Shown here: piece by piece, positions 18,956-29,269 of the stretch
How the letters are laid out: each line of letters starts with the position of its first letter
Position numbering within the stretch: the stretch's first letter is position 1
Origin: Thermodesulfobacteriota bacterium
GTDB lineage: Bacteria > Desulfobacterota > Desulfobulbia > Desulfobulbales > SURF-16
DNA length: 64,000 bases
Assembly: GCA_039715015.1 (NCBI GenBank)
Contig: JBDLIE010000009.1
Span: 1-64,000, forward strand
Direction: 5' to 3'
Program-made: the position numbers and the translations under genes
The notes under the pieces: model-generated
The model's database searches: none
Told to the model about the DNA's origin: nothing
What the model saw: the letters and a program-made list of their open reading frames with translations, nothing else

Positions 18956-21100
18956 ATGGTTATGATCGATGGTTCGGTTCCAGGCGTTTGTGCCCAGGGC
19001 TCTCCCTTGCTGGTCCGGCCAGGGCAGAAATCCCAGGCTGACCGCAGAGCAGTGAAGTTTTATTTTTGTCTTGTTGTTTGTTTGCCGGTCCTGTTGCTGT
19101 TTTGCTCTAGTTCGGCTTCATGGGCCGGGTCTGATGGCCCGTCTCTTGTAACCAGCAAGGAGCAGAAGGCAAAACAGGAAAAGTTATGGCGCGAGGCCCA
19201 GGCTTTTCTTGAGGGTAAAGATAACGATCAGGCCGCGCTCTATTTCAAGCATTACTGGAAGACCTATCCAGATTCGCCCCGTGCTGCCGAAGCCCTTTGG
19301 CAGGCGGCCCTCCTTTACAAGCAACAAGCTCTCCATGCCGAGAATCCTGACTGGTCAAAGGCAAAGGGCCTTTTTTATGCCTATATTATAGATTTTCCTG
19401 ATTCGTCCCGGGTGGCTGATGCCTATTATGAGGTGGCAAATAGTTTCTTCCAGATGGGCTTCTACCGGGAGGCCCAGAATTATTACACTCTTTTACTGAA
19501 AGAATACCCTTCCTTCCACTTGAAAAGTGAAGTGATCTTTATGAGGGCCCGGGCCTATCTCTATGTGGGGAAGTACAGCCTGGCCAGTGATGAGTTTTCC
19601 CGTCTTCAGCGCAATAAAGATAAGATGATACGGCTGCGGGGTGAAGTCGGTCAGGCTGATGTCCATTTCTTTAAAGGAGAGTGGCACAATAGTCTGGGTA
19701 TTTTAAAAAGAATCCACAATCACAACCCTGATTATTATCTGGTTTATCCGAAGATCTTCAAGGATATGGGTATTGCATCGATTCGGGTTGGAAATATCCA
19801 GGAGGGCCGTGATTTTATCCTCCATTATCTTAATATCGCTGAGCAGGCCCAGTCGGATGACGAGGCCTTCTTTGAGGTGGCAGAGAGTTTTCTGCAGAAG
19901 GGTATGGTGGATGGCGCCCGTGTTTTTTATGAACGTGTGGTTGCCAGGGACGCCCGTCGCGACAAATACGTGATTCTCAGCCAGTTTCGTCTTGCCCAGT
20001 ATGGCGCTATAAATCTTGATAAGATGTCTGAAAAGGAACGCTTGGCATTTTTTAAGAAAAATGGCGACAAACCATTCCAAAAGGTGCTGGACAGTCTCTA
20101 TCGTGATCCCCTGGCCCAGGATGCTCGTTATTCCCTGTTTCAACGTTATGTTGAGCGCAAGGAGTGGGATCTTGCCTACAATCTCGGCAAATCCTATCTT
20201 CGGTACAAAACCACGGAGAAAGAACAGCTCTTGGTTGAGGACGAACTGGGCTCTATTCTCATTGGTAAAATTTCAAAATTGCTTATTGCCAAAAAGTATC
20301 AGGAAATTCGCTCCCTGTACGAAAAAGAGTTCCCAACCATAACCGCTTATAAAAAGGCGGGCCTTCTCATGCTCATCGGTGAGGCTTATGAAGGGGACAG
20401 CCTTTACGATCAGGCCTCTGAGATTTATTACCGGGCCCTTGGTCTGGAGATAGGCGAAGAGCAGAAGGCTAAACTCTACTTCAGGCGCGCTGAAGTCTAT
20501 CTTGCCAATAATGATCTTAAGTCCGCCCAAAGGCTTTTGAAGTATCTGCGGCGGCTATATCAAAACAAGCCGGCCATTGCCGAGGTTAACTGGCTTAGCG
20601 CCCGCCTTCGTCTCAAGCAGAAGCGGGCCAAAGATGCCCTGGAATTCTACAAGATGGCGGTTGAGGCCGGCGGGGAATCGAGCAAAAAAGGAGTGTATGC
20701 GGCTGATTATCTCCACCAGCTTTTTGTGCTGAACGACATGGGCAGGGTGGCTGATCTCATTGCCATGTTCCATGGGCAGCAGTGGTTACCAGACAACCAG
20801 ATCCAGTTTTGGTATGGACGCCTCGGGGGAGCCCTTGTTGCAAGAGGTGAGAAAGAAAAGGCCATTACTATCTATAAAAGGTCCCTGGCGGGCGCCCTGC
20901 CTGAGACCAGTGCCGAGGCCCAGCCTATCCATCTCTATCTAGGCGACTTGCTGATGGCTAAAAAGAGCGACAAGGAGGCCCTTGGCCATTATCGCCTGGC
21001 CCAGAGCGGCAAGGACAAGAGGGTTGCCAAGCTGGCCCAGGCCCGCCTCAACGAGTATGAAATTCGCGGCGCCATGAGCGATGTGGAGGCAATGTTGTGA
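18956..21100 (+). CDS. Exported/membrane-anchored tetratricopeptide repeat protein
   Basis: Hydrophobic N-terminal segment then repeated TPR helices (YPDSPRAAEALW, FPDSSRVADAYY); exact start uncertain. Confidence 0.8.
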   Translation: MVMIDGSVPGVCAQGSPLLVRPGQKSQADRRAVKFYFCLVVCLPVLLLFCSSSASWAGSDGPSLVTSKEQKAKQEKLWREAQAFLEGKDNDQAALYFKHYWKTYPDSPRAAEALWQAALLYKQQALHAENPDWSKAKGLFYAYIIDFPDSSRVADAYYEVANSFFQMGFYREAQNYYTLLLKEYPSFHLKSEVIFMRARAYLYVGKYSLASDEFSRLQRNKDKMIRLRGEVGQADVHFFKGEWHNSLGILKRIHNHNPDYYLVYPKIFKDMGIASIRVGNIQEGRDFILHYLNIAEQAQSDDEAFFEVAESFLQKGMVDGARVFYERVVARDARRDKYVILSQFRLAQYGAINLDKMSEKERLAFFKKNGDKPFQKVLDSLYRDPLAQDARYSLFQRYVERKEWDLAYNLGKSYLRYKTTEKEQLLVEDELGSILIGKISKLLIAKKYQEIRSLYEKEFPTITAYKKAGLLMLIGEAYEGDSLYDQASEIYYRALGLEIGEEQKAKLYFRRAEVYLANNDLKSAQRLLKYLRRLYQNKPAIAEVNWLSARLRLKQKRAKDALEFYKMAVEAGGESSKKGVYAADYLHQLFVLNDMGRVADLIAMFHGQQWLPDNQIQFWYGRLGGALVARGEKEKAITIYKRSLAGALPETSAEAQPIHLYLGDLLMAKKSDKEALGHYRLAQSGKDKRVAKLAQARLNEYEIRGAMSDVEAML

Positions 21101-21145
21101 TGCCAGAAATCAAGATTTTTTCCCCTCTGACTACTGCTGTTATCT

Positions 21146-22585
21146 ATGTCGACTTCCAGTAATAAGATCCTCATCGTTGACGATGATCAAGATGTCCGCA
21201 TCGGCCTCTTTGAGACCTTGAGCCGGGGGAAATTTCAGGTCATGGCGGCGGAGAATGTCACCATGGCCCTGGAGATGGTGGCCGATAATCAGCCGGATCT
21301 GGTCCTTGCCGATCTGAAAATGCCTGACGGCAATGGCCTGGATCTTTTGAAGAAGATCAAGGTGCAGGTCCCTGAGTTGCCGGTGATTCTCGTCACCGGT
21401 CATGCCTCGGTTGATACAGCCGTGGAGGCCATGCGCCTGGGAGCCCAGGATTATATTCTTAAACCCTTTCAGCGCGAGGCAGTCCTGGAAACGGTGGATA
21501 TGGCCTTGCGCCGCCAGCGCCTGACTCCGGTGACCAGTGCCTTGACAACGGCCCGCAGAAAGAGGGGCGGCGGCAAGGAAAAACCTATTGTCGGCAACTC
21601 TGAGCCCTTGCGTAAGATTATGATCAGGGCCAAGAGCGTAGCGTCAAGCAAGGCCACGGTTCTTATTTTGGGTGAATCTGGCACCGGTAAAGAGGTTTTT
21701 GCCCGCTATATTCATAATGAAAGTGACCGCAAGCATGGCCCTTTTGTTGCTCTGAACTGCGCCGCTTTGCCGGAAGGGTTGCTTGAGAGCGAGCTTTTTG
21801 GCCATGAAAAGGGGGCCTTTACCGGGGCGGTGGCAGCGAAGAAAGGCAAGTTTGAGCTTGCCAGCGGCGGTACCCTGCTCCTTGATGAAATTGGTGAAGT
21901 GCCCTTGCATCTCCAGGCTAAGCTCCTCAGAGTGCTCCAAGAGGAAGAGGTGGATCGTTTGGGCGGCAGTTCGCCGGTGCGGGTTGATGTTCACGTGGTG
22001 GCCACCACCAACCAGGATCTTGCTAAAATGGTCAAGGATGGGACTTTTCGCCAGGATCTCTTCTATCGTCTCAACGTCATCCCTCTGCATCTCCCGTCGT
22101 TGGCGGAGAGGCCAGGGGATATTCCCCTCTTGGCCCAGTATTTTCTGGAGAAGTTTTCCAGCCAATACAATAAGGAGCTTAAGGAGTTTTCCGGCCCGGT
22201 GCGTAAGTATTTTATCGAGTATGACTGGCCCGGCAATGTCCGGGAGATGGAAAACCTGGTGGAGCGCGCTGTTCTTCTTAATCAGGATAGCCAATATGTC
22301 CCGCAAGATTTTTGGGATGATGTGACTCTTGGACCAGTGGATGAAGCTTCTGCACCTCAATGGCAGATTGCCGAGCCGGTCCAAGGCCATGAAAGCCAGG
22401 CCATTAAGACGCTTACCGATGCAGGTGAAGTTGTGCCGCTTAAAGATGTAGAGCGTCAAATGATCCTACATGCCCTCCAAAAAACTGACAATAACCGCAC
22501 CCATGCGGCCAAGATGCTCGGCATCTCAGTGCGTACTCTGCGCAATAAGTTGCATGAGTATCGCAATAAAGGGATTTTGGATTAA
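21146..22585 (+). CDS. Sigma54-dependent response regulator (FlrC/FleR-like)
   Basis: Receiver (ILIVDDD, DLKMP, KPF), AAA+ with GAFTGA, HTH NRTHAAKMLGISVRTLRNKL; directly upstream of flgB. Confidence 0.9.
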   Translation: MSTSSNKILIVDDDQDVRIGLFETLSRGKFQVMAAENVTMALEMVADNQPDLVLADLKMPDGNGLDLLKKIKVQVPELPVILVTGHASVDTAVEAMRLGAQDYILKPFQREAVLETVDMALRRQRLTPVTSALTTARRKRGGGKEKPIVGNSEPLRKIMIRAKSVASSKATVLILGESGTGKEVFARYIHNESDRKHGPFVALNCAALPEGLLESELFGHEKGAFTGAVAAKKGKFELASGGTLLLDEIGEVPLHLQAKLLRVLQEEEVDRLGGSSPVRVDVHVVATTNQDLAKMVKDGTFRQDLFYRLNVIPLHLPSLAERPGDIPLLAQYFLEKFSSQYNKELKEFSGPVRKYFIEYDWPGNVREMENLVERAVLLNQDSQYVPQDFWDDVTLGPVDEASAPQWQIAEPVQGHESQAIKTLTDAGEVVPLKDVERQMILHALQKTDNNRTHAAKMLGISVRTLRNKLHEYRNKGILD

Positions 22586-22657
22586 ATCCTCTTTTTTCTG
22601 TCATTCCAGAATCTTATCACTCTATTTCTGGGCCCGTTTTTCTGATTTTTCTCTTCG

Positions 22658-22675
22658 GTGTCATTTTTCTGGCAC
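22658..22675. promoter_or_regulatory. Putative operator upstream of flgB
   Basis: GTGTCATTTTTCTGGCAC near-palindrome, same family as 17658..17675. Confidence 0.5.
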
Positions 22676-22700
22676 CACTTGGCATTCCTGCCCTTGTGGG

Positions 22701-22716
22701 CGGCATAATCCTTGCA
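22701..22716 (+). promoter_or_regulatory. Sigma54 -24/-12 promoter of flgB operon
   Basis: CGGCAT-AATCC-TTGCA, exact GG-N10-GC spacing. Confidence 0.8.
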
Positions 22717-22808
22717 AAAAAACTGGCCAGGTGCAAATTTTGCCCTTTGTCTGTGATTACGCAGGGGGCAATAGACAAAATAAAGCAGCAAGATAAGGAA
22801 GAGACGTA

Positions 22809-23195
22809 ATGCCCATAAATAAAATGTTCGGCGGCAACCTACCTGTGATGGAACAGGCATTGAACCTTCGTTATGAGCGCCAGGGGCTGATCCAGTCCAA
22901 TGTCGCCAATATGGAAACCCCAGGTTACACCAGTCAGGATTTTCCCTTTGCCAAGGCCATGGAAACGGCCATGCAGGGCTCTGGTACTCTTAGCAAGACG
23001 GATTCCCGTCACATTGATCTTGACCCGGTGGCCTCTGGTTTAAGTAAACAATTTGCCCAGGAGAAACGCCCAGTCGACCTGGATGAAGAGATGGTCAAAC
23101 TATCCGAGAACCAGCTGATGTATGAGATTGCCGCCAAAATTGTCGGTAAAAAATTTGACGGTCTGAAATACGCCATCGATGAAGGAGGCAAATAA
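22809..23195 (+). CDS. flgB: Flagellar basal-body rod protein
   Basis: SNVANMETPGY, VDLDEEM. Confidence 0.93.
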   Translation: MPINKMFGGNLPVMEQALNLRYERQGLIQSNVANMETPGYTSQDFPFAKAMETAMQGSGTLSKTDSRHIDLDPVASGLSKQFAQEKRPVDLDEEMVKLSENQLMYEIAAKIVGKKFDGLKYAIDEGGK

Positions 23196-23626
23196 TGGAC
23201 ATTCTGACAGCCCTCAAAATTAGTGGCTCCGGCCTGAAAGCGGAAAGGGAGCGTTTAAATGTTACGGCCATGAACCTGGCCAACGCCAATACAACAAGGA
23301 CCATGGAAGGCGGACCGTATAAGGCCAAATCCGTTGTTTTCGGTTCCCGCCCGGTGGCCAGTTTCCGGGAGACCTTAGACTCCAGCCAGGCCCGCTTGCA
23401 AAAGGTCGAAGTGGTGAAAGTGGTTGAAGACGATAAACCCTTCAAGGAGGTGTACGACCCCTCCCATCCTGATGCCGACGAGAATGGCATTGTCCAGTTC
23501 CCCAACGTTGATACTGCCGAACAGATGGTTGACATGATCAGCGCCCGTCGGGGCTATGAGGCAAATGTAACAGCCATTGATGCCGTAAAGAGCATGGCCT
23601 TAAAGGCCTTGGATATCAGCCGTTAA
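23195..23626 (+). CDS. flgC: Flagellar basal-body rod protein
   Basis: NLANANTTRT…GPYK, YDPSHPDAD, PNV, YEAN. Confidence 0.96.
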   Translation: MDILTALKISGSGLKAERERLNVTAMNLANANTTRTMEGGPYKAKSVVFGSRPVASFRETLDSSQARLQKVEVVKVVEDDKPFKEVYDPSHPDADENGIVQFPNVDTAEQMVDMISARRGYEANVTAIDAVKSMALKALDISR

Positions 23627-23652
23627 CACCACAGCACTAAAGGAAAGAGAAA

Positions 23653-23949
23653 ATGAAGGCCCTTCCTCTGAGTCAAATTCAGCAATCATCGCTTATTGAA
23701 AAGAGTAGCAATAAAGATCCTGTGGCCTCCACCGGTTTCAGCGATGTCTTTAAAAAGTCTTTGGAGAGCGTCAATGCCAATATCCAGGATGCCGGCCAGA
23801 TGGCAGAAGGACTGGTCAGCGGCCAACATTCCAATATCCATGAAACTATGATTGCCATGGAAAAATCCACAGTCTCTTTCCGTATGCTGACCAAGGTCCA
23901 GCAGAAGGTTATTGCCGCCTATCAGGATATCATGCGCATGCAGATTTAA
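23653..23949 (+). CDS. fliE: Flagellar hook-basal body protein
   Basis: IHETMIAMEK…AYQDIMRMQI. Confidence 0.93.
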   Translation: MKALPLSQIQQSSLIEKSSNKDPVASTGFSDVFKKSLESVNANIQDAGQMAEGLVSGQHSNIHETMIAMEKSTVSFRMLTKVQQKVIAAYQDIMRMQI

Positions 23950-24090
23950 AAGAGATGGCTCCTTAATGGAGCAGCGGGCAAGGGTTTTTTCTGCGCGAAG
24001 CAAGACGATGCTGCCAGAGAGTTTGTTTGATAACTAAAATTGATATATGGCCCGTGCTTTGGGGTCAACTAACAACAGATAATTGAGCTT

Positions 24091-25671
24091 ATGGCTGACG
24101 CAAAAGATATTTTCAAACAGGGATTCGCAGTACTCAAGAGCCTCACCCTGATGCAGAAGGTCGTTGCCGCGCTTGTGGTGGCAATTGTTCTCTTTGGCCT
24201 CCTGAGTTTGACCTTTGTGGGAAGCAAACCTGCAATGAAGGTCCTCTATGCTAATCTTAACAGCACTGATGCCGCCGACATCGTTGCCCAGCTCAAAGAG
24301 CGGCGGATTCCCTATGAGTTAGCGGAAAACGGCACGGCAATTCTTGTGGGTCAGGGTAATGTTTATGAGACCAGGCTTGCCATGGCTGCCGACGGTCTTC
24401 CCCGGGGAGGCGGTGTCGGCTTCGAGATTTTTGATAAAACCAGCCTGGGCACCACAGATTTTGTTCAGAAATTAAATTACCATCGGGCCCTGCAGGGTGA
24501 GTTAGCTCGAACCATTAGTCAGTTTGATAAAATTAAAGCGGCGCGTGTTCATATCGCCCAGCCTAAAGAGTCTGTTTTTGTTGAGGACACCCAGCCTCCA
24601 TCAGCCTCCATCAGTGTTTCCCTTGCCGGGCGCGATAAGCTGTCAAAAAATGAAATTAAGGCCATTGTCAACCTGGTGGGCAGCGCCATTCCCGGCCTAG
24701 TCAATTCCAACATCACGATGGTGGACACTACAGGTCACCTTCTTTTTCGAAAAGAAGGTGACGAGGATTCCCTGCTCTCCGCTACCCAGATCGAGTATCA
24801 GCAGAAGGTCGAGCGTACCCTGCGCAGTAAGCTGGAAACCATGTTTGAAGAGGTGGTTGGCGTTGAAAAAGTCATAGCCCGGGTAACCGCTGATATTGAT
24901 TTTAACCATGTTGATGTCTCAGAAGAGGTGTTTGATCCTGAGACCCAGGTAATTCGGAGCGAACAGGTGCTCACCGAGCGTGACGGCGCCGTGGATATCC
25001 AGGAGGGCATTCCCGGGGTAAAGGGACAGCTTGCCACTTTTACCGAGGCTGGTGAAACAGGTGGCGGCGGCGCTGGTTTTAAGCGCGATAATATCACCCG
25101 TAATTATGAGATCAGTAAAAAGGTCACCAGAACAAAGGCGGCCATTGGCCAGATTCGGAAGGTCTCGGTGGCGGTCATGGTGGATGGTATTTATAATAAA
25201 ACAAAAAAAGATGGTAAGATGGTCAAAGAGTACCAGGCTCGCAGTGATAAGGATCTGGCCACCTTTGTGAAAATGGCCCAGAATGCCGTGGGCTATGATC
25301 CGGAGCGCGGAGATACGGTGGAGGTTGTTTCCATGCCTTTTTACCTCTCCACCTATGTTGAGCCAACACCTGATATGCTCGACCAGTATCGCGGCCTGCT
25401 CAATCAACTGGCCCTGCCTGTTGTTTTGCTTCTGGTTGCCATTTGCTTTTTTATGTTTGTTATCCGCCCCTTTTTCCGCCTCATGGCAAGCCAGCAACTC
25501 CAGGCCCAGCGTTCTGCAGACCAGGCAGAGCAAGAGCTGGTAGTGGCCGAGACTCATGAGGACCTGACCCTGACACCTCTAGGTATGACGGATAAAGAAC
25601 GTATCTTTAAACTTGCCCAGTCTGATCCTGACCGGGCTGCAGATCTTGTGCGCCGTTGGCTGCGCGCTTAG
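24091..25671 (+). CDS. fliF: Flagellar MS-ring protein
   Basis: GVGFEIFD, RALQGELARTI, ARVHIA, PSASI; two TM segments. Confidence 0.95.
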   Translation: MADAKDIFKQGFAVLKSLTLMQKVVAALVVAIVLFGLLSLTFVGSKPAMKVLYANLNSTDAADIVAQLKERRIPYELAENGTAILVGQGNVYETRLAMAADGLPRGGGVGFEIFDKTSLGTTDFVQKLNYHRALQGELARTISQFDKIKAARVHIAQPKESVFVEDTQPPSASISVSLAGRDKLSKNEIKAIVNLVGSAIPGLVNSNITMVDTTGHLLFRKEGDEDSLLSATQIEYQQKVERTLRSKLETMFEEVVGVEKVIARVTADIDFNHVDVSEEVFDPETQVIRSEQVLTERDGAVDIQEGIPGVKGQLATFTEAGETGGGGAGFKRDNITRNYEISKKVTRTKAAIGQIRKVSVAVMVDGIYNKTKKDGKMVKEYQARSDKDLATFVKMAQNAVGYDPERGDTVEVVSMPFYLSTYVEPTPDMLDQYRGLLNQLALPVVLLLVAICFFMFVIRPFFRLMASQQLQAQRSADQAEQELVVAETHEDLTLTPLGMTDKERIFKLAQSDPDRAADLVRRWLRA

Positions 25672-25680
25672 ATGTGAAAA

Positions 25681-26706
25681 ATGTCTCCTAAAAAAGAAAC
25701 TACATCTGACAATCTGAGCGGCCCTGAAAAGGCGGCGGTCTTCCTTCTTATGCTGGGGGAGGATTACGCCTCCGAGGTTTTTAAACGTCTTGATGACGAG
25801 GAAATCCGCAATGTCGGTCGTCAGATGGCGAAGATTGACAGGGTGGACAAAGAGGATGTTGCCTCCCTTCTTGCCGAGTTCAAGACCGATTCCGGTGGCG
25901 GCGATATCTTCCTCTCCGGTGATGACATGCTGGAGTCTGCCCTGCGTCGGGCCCTTAGCGGCGATAAGGCCGGTGAAATCCTCGAGGATATCCGTTCCGA
26001 CTGGCGGCTCACCCTCTTTCAGAAGGCGAGGAAGCTTGACCCCAAGGTGTTGGTAAATTTCCTGCGCAATGAACATCCCCAGACCGTTGCCCTGGTCCTC
26101 TCTGTTCTCGACAACATTCAGGCCTCAAGTATTCTGGCTGAGCTGAAAGAGGAGGTGCAGGTTGAGGTGATCATGCGCATGGCTGAGCTGGATAAGGTCA
26201 GCCCGGAGATCCTTGTTGAGATAGACCGTGTTCTCCAGGAGGAGCTTCTTTCCGTGGAAGGTATGGAAGGTCAGCGTCTCGGCGGTGTTGAGACCGTTGC
26301 CGAGATCCTTAATAATGCAGATCGGAGCCTGGAGGCCCAGATCCTTGAAGGCGTCGAAGAGCAGCGCGAGTCCCTGGCTGAAGAGATCCGCCGTCTCATG
26401 TTCGTTTTTGAGGATCTCCTCGGGGTGGATGACCGCGGCATCATGGCTGTTCTAAAAGAGGTTTCCACCGAAGATCTTAAGCTTGCTCTGAAAACTTCCT
26501 CTGATGAGCTTAAGGACAAGATTTTTGGCAATATGTCCCAGCGCGCCGTGGAAATGCTTAAAGAAGATATGGAGATTATGGGTCCCACCCGCATCAAGGA
26601 TGTGGAGGCTGCCCAGCAGGCCATAATTAAGATTGCCAAGCGCCTGGAGCAGGAGGGCAAGGTCCAGCTTGCCGCCGGCGGTGGAGGAGAGGACGAATTT
26701 GTCTAG
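25681..26706 (+). CDS. fliG: Flagellar motor switch protein
   Basis: KAAVFLLMLG, EHPQTVAL, GGVETVAEILN, MFVFEDL, NMSQRA. Confidence 0.96.
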   Translation: MSPKKETTSDNLSGPEKAAVFLLMLGEDYASEVFKRLDDEEIRNVGRQMAKIDRVDKEDVASLLAEFKTDSGGGDIFLSGDDMLESALRRALSGDKAGEILEDIRSDWRLTLFQKARKLDPKVLVNFLRNEHPQTVALVLSVLDNIQASSILAELKEEVQVEVIMRMAELDKVSPEILVEIDRVLQEELLSVEGMEGQRLGGVETVAEILNNADRSLEAQILEGVEEQRESLAEEIRRLMFVFEDLLGVDDRGIMAVLKEVSTEDLKLALKTSSDELKDKIFGNMSQRAVEMLKEDMEIMGPTRIKDVEAAQQAIIKIAKRLEQEGKVQLAAGGGGEDEFV

Positions 26707-27436
26707 TATTGTTGAATTCAAAGACATGCTGGCCGTGGATGACGAGGAAAATTTTGTCTCCTACGAGTCCCTTATGGGTGAAGAAGAGGAAGATGTTGAC
26801 AAGGGACCTGACCTTCTCGAGGTCGCCCTTAAGGAAGTAGAAAAATCAAAGGAAGAGGCCCGGCGGCTTGTCAGTGAGGCAGAAGATCGGGTGGCAGAAT
26901 TGGAAAAGGAGGCCTACGAAAAGGGTTTCCAAAAAGGTGAGGAAGAGGGCCGGCAGGTAGGTGAAGAAGCTTTGGCCGAAAAGATAAGCCAGGCCAGCCA
27001 GGTTATTGCCGCTGTTAATGAAGAACGCCAGCGAATTTGTTCTCTCTACGAAAAAGATACCCTCGCCCTTGTTTTGACCATGGTTGAGCAATTAGTGAAT
27101 CATGAGGTCTCGGTTAATCATCTGGTCATTGAAAAATGCCTGCAAAAGGCTTTGGAATTTGTTGTAGACAACTCCCAGGTTATAGCCCATCTGCATCCCG
27201 ACGATTTTATGCAGGTCAAGGATGCGGTGGTGGAAGACCCACTTTTTCTTGAAAATACCGATAAGGTTGAACTTATGGAAGACCCTGCGATCAGCCCGGG
27301 CGGTTGTCTCCTTGAAACCACCTTTGGTGAAATTGATGCGACCCTGGAAAATTGCAAGGACAAACTCTTTAAGGCTGTTGAACAGTCCTTTGCGCTAGCT
27401 CTTGCAGAGACAAACGAGGAGTCAACTGAGGGCTGA
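26699..27436 (+). CDS. fliH: Flagellar export protein FliH
   Basis: AYEKGFQKGEEEG GxxxG repeats, LHPDD, GGCLLET…GEIDA; TTG start after GGAGGAGAGG overlapping fliG stop. Confidence 0.88.
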   Translation: MSSIVEFKDMLAVDDEENFVSYESLMGEEEEDVDKGPDLLEVALKEVEKSKEEARRLVSEAEDRVAELEKEAYEKGFQKGEEEGRQVGEEALAEKISQASQVIAAVNEERQRICSLYEKDTLALVLTMVEQLVNHEVSVNHLVIEKCLQKALEFVVDNSQVIAHLHPDDFMQVKDAVVEDPLFLENTDKVELMEDPAISPGGCLLETTFGEIDATLENCKDKLFKAVEQSFALALAETNEESTEG

Positions 27437-27480
27437 GGGTTGCACGTCGCGCAAGCCTTCACCTCTCACTCAATCTTCCC

Positions 27481-28788
27481 ATGTTAGATCTCTCCCATTG
27501 CATAAAGGCGGCTCAAAATACGGAAACCGTGGCTGTGAGCGGCCGGGTGAGCCAGGTCATTGGTATGGTCATTGAATCCAATGGTCCCGGCATTCCGGTG
27601 GGCTCCATGTGCGAGGTTGATGCCTTTAAGGGCGCCACCCGGATTCCGGCCGAGGTCGTGGGCTTTCGGGAGGGCAAGGTGCTTTTGATGCCCCTGGGTG
27701 AAATGCGGGGGGTTGAACCTGGCAGTGCCATCAGACTGGTGGACGGCCAGGCCCAGGTACCTGTGGGTAGCAATCTTCTAGGGCGTATTATCGATGGCAT
27801 GGGGCAGCCCATGGACGGTAAGGGCCCTTTGCTTACCGAGCGTCATTATCCTCTTTATGCCGAACCACTTAATCCCATGGAGCGGGAACGTATCCTTGAG
27901 CCTATTGATGTCGGGGTTCGGGCCATTAATGGTCTGCTCACCCTTGGTAAGGGCCAACGGATTGGTATTATGGCTGGTTCTGGAGTCGGTAAATCGACCC
28001 TGCTCGGCATGATCGCCCGAAACACCGCAGCTGATGTTTCTGTTATCGCCCTTGTTGGCGAGCGTGGTCGTGAGCTCAAGGATTTTATCGAACGTGATCT
28101 CGGTCCTGAAGGCCTGGCGCGTTCTGTGGTGGTGGTGGCCACCTCGGACCAACCCCCACTGGTAAGAATGCGGGGCGCTTATCTTGCCATGTCGATTTCT
28201 GAATATTTTCGGGATCAATGCCGTGATGTCATTTTGATGATGGATTCGGTGACCAGATTTGCTATGTCAAGCCGTGAGGTTGGCCTTGCCATTGGCGAGC
28301 CTCCTACCTCAAGGGGCTACACCCCATCTGTTTTTTCGCAGCTGCCGAAACTTCTGGAAAGGGCTGGCACCTGTGAAGGAAAGGGCAGTATTACCGGCAT
28401 TTACACGGTGCTTGTTGAAGGTGATGATATGAACGAACCCATCGGTGATGCGGTGCGTTCCATTGTCGATGGTCATATTGTTCTTGATCGTCAACTTGCC
28501 AACCAGGGCCATTATCCTTCCATTGAGGTCCTTTCCAGCGTCAGTCGTTGTATGACAGATGTGGTCTCTGCCGAACAGGTGAGAAAAGCAAAAGAGATGC
28601 TTGAGGTGTTGGCAACCTACCGTCGTTCTGAGGATCTTATTAATATCGGGGCATACGCCCAGGGGACCAACCCCAAAATTGACAGGGCCATAGGTCTTAT
28701 TGATTCCATTAATCAGTTCCTGAAGCAGCCCGTGGACCAAAGGGCACCCATGGATGAATGTGTCCATCAGCTTTTAACCCTCATATGA
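27481..28788 (+). CDS. fliI: Flagellar export ATPase
   Basis: AGSGVGKSTLLGM, LVGERGRE, MDSVTRFA, GYTPSVF, DGHIVL. Confidence 0.96.
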   Translation: MLDLSHCIKAAQNTETVAVSGRVSQVIGMVIESNGPGIPVGSMCEVDAFKGATRIPAEVVGFREGKVLLMPLGEMRGVEPGSAIRLVDGQAQVPVGSNLLGRIIDGMGQPMDGKGPLLTERHYPLYAEPLNPMERERILEPIDVGVRAINGLLTLGKGQRIGIMAGSGVGKSTLLGMIARNTAADVSVIALVGERGRELKDFIERDLGPEGLARSVVVVATSDQPPLVRMRGAYLAMSISEYFRDQCRDVILMMDSVTRFAMSSREVGLAIGEPPTSRGYTPSVFSQLPKLLERAGTCEGKGSITGIYTVLVEGDDMNEPIGDAVRSIVDGHIVLDRQLANQGHYPSIEVLSSVSRCMTDVVSAEQVRKAKEMLEVLATYRRSEDLINIGAYAQGTNPKIDRAIGLIDSINQFLKQPVDQRAPMDECVHQLLTLI

Positions 28789-28804
28789 GGGGAGACCTTA
28801 AGAA

Positions 28805-29245
28805 ATGTTCCGTTTTCGCTTGCAGGCAGTTGAGACCATTCGCCAGAATGAGGAAGAGCAGGCCCAGCTTAAACTTGGACGTGAACAGACCATACTTCAG
28901 AATCATCTAAACCGCCTTGCCGACTACAAACAAGAGAGGGGGGAAATGGTAGATTCTCTCGCCGCTAAAGAGAAAGAGAAGGTGAAAGGATCCATGGTTC
29001 AGTTTTACATGGAGGCCATCCGCTCCAAAGAGGTCTTGATGAAGATGCTGGGAAATACCATTGCCAGCCAGGAACAGGTGGTGCATCAAGCCCGTATGGA
29101 CTTAACTGAAGCGGTGAAGGAACGGAAAGTTGTCGAAGTCATCCGCAAAAGGGATTATGAAAAATATCTGGCTGAGGAACGTAAAAAAGAACAGAATGAA
29201 AGTGATGAGATGGCAGTGCTCCGTTATGGCAGGTCATCCTCCTAA
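28805..29245 (+). CDS. fliJ: Flagellar export protein FliJ
   Basis: MFRFRLQAV start, coiled coil, EQNESDE end; after fliI. Confidence 0.88.
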   Translation: MFRFRLQAVETIRQNEEEQAQLKLGREQTILQNHLNRLADYKQERGEMVDSLAAKEKEKVKGSMVQFYMEAIRSKEVLMKMLGNTIASQEQVVHQARMDLTEAVKERKVVEVIRKRDYEKYLAEERKKEQNESDEMAVLRYGRSSS

Positions 29246-29269
29246 GCCTTTGTTCTCAAAAAGAAAACA

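Noticed and set aside
22670..22684. TGGCAC-CACT-TGGCA as the flgB sigma54 promoter
   Set aside because: GG-to-GC spacing is 9, not 10; a correct site exists at 22701.
24048..24062. Internal sigma54 promoter before fliF (TGGCCCGTGCTTTGG)
   Set aside because: The -12 element is GG instead of GC.
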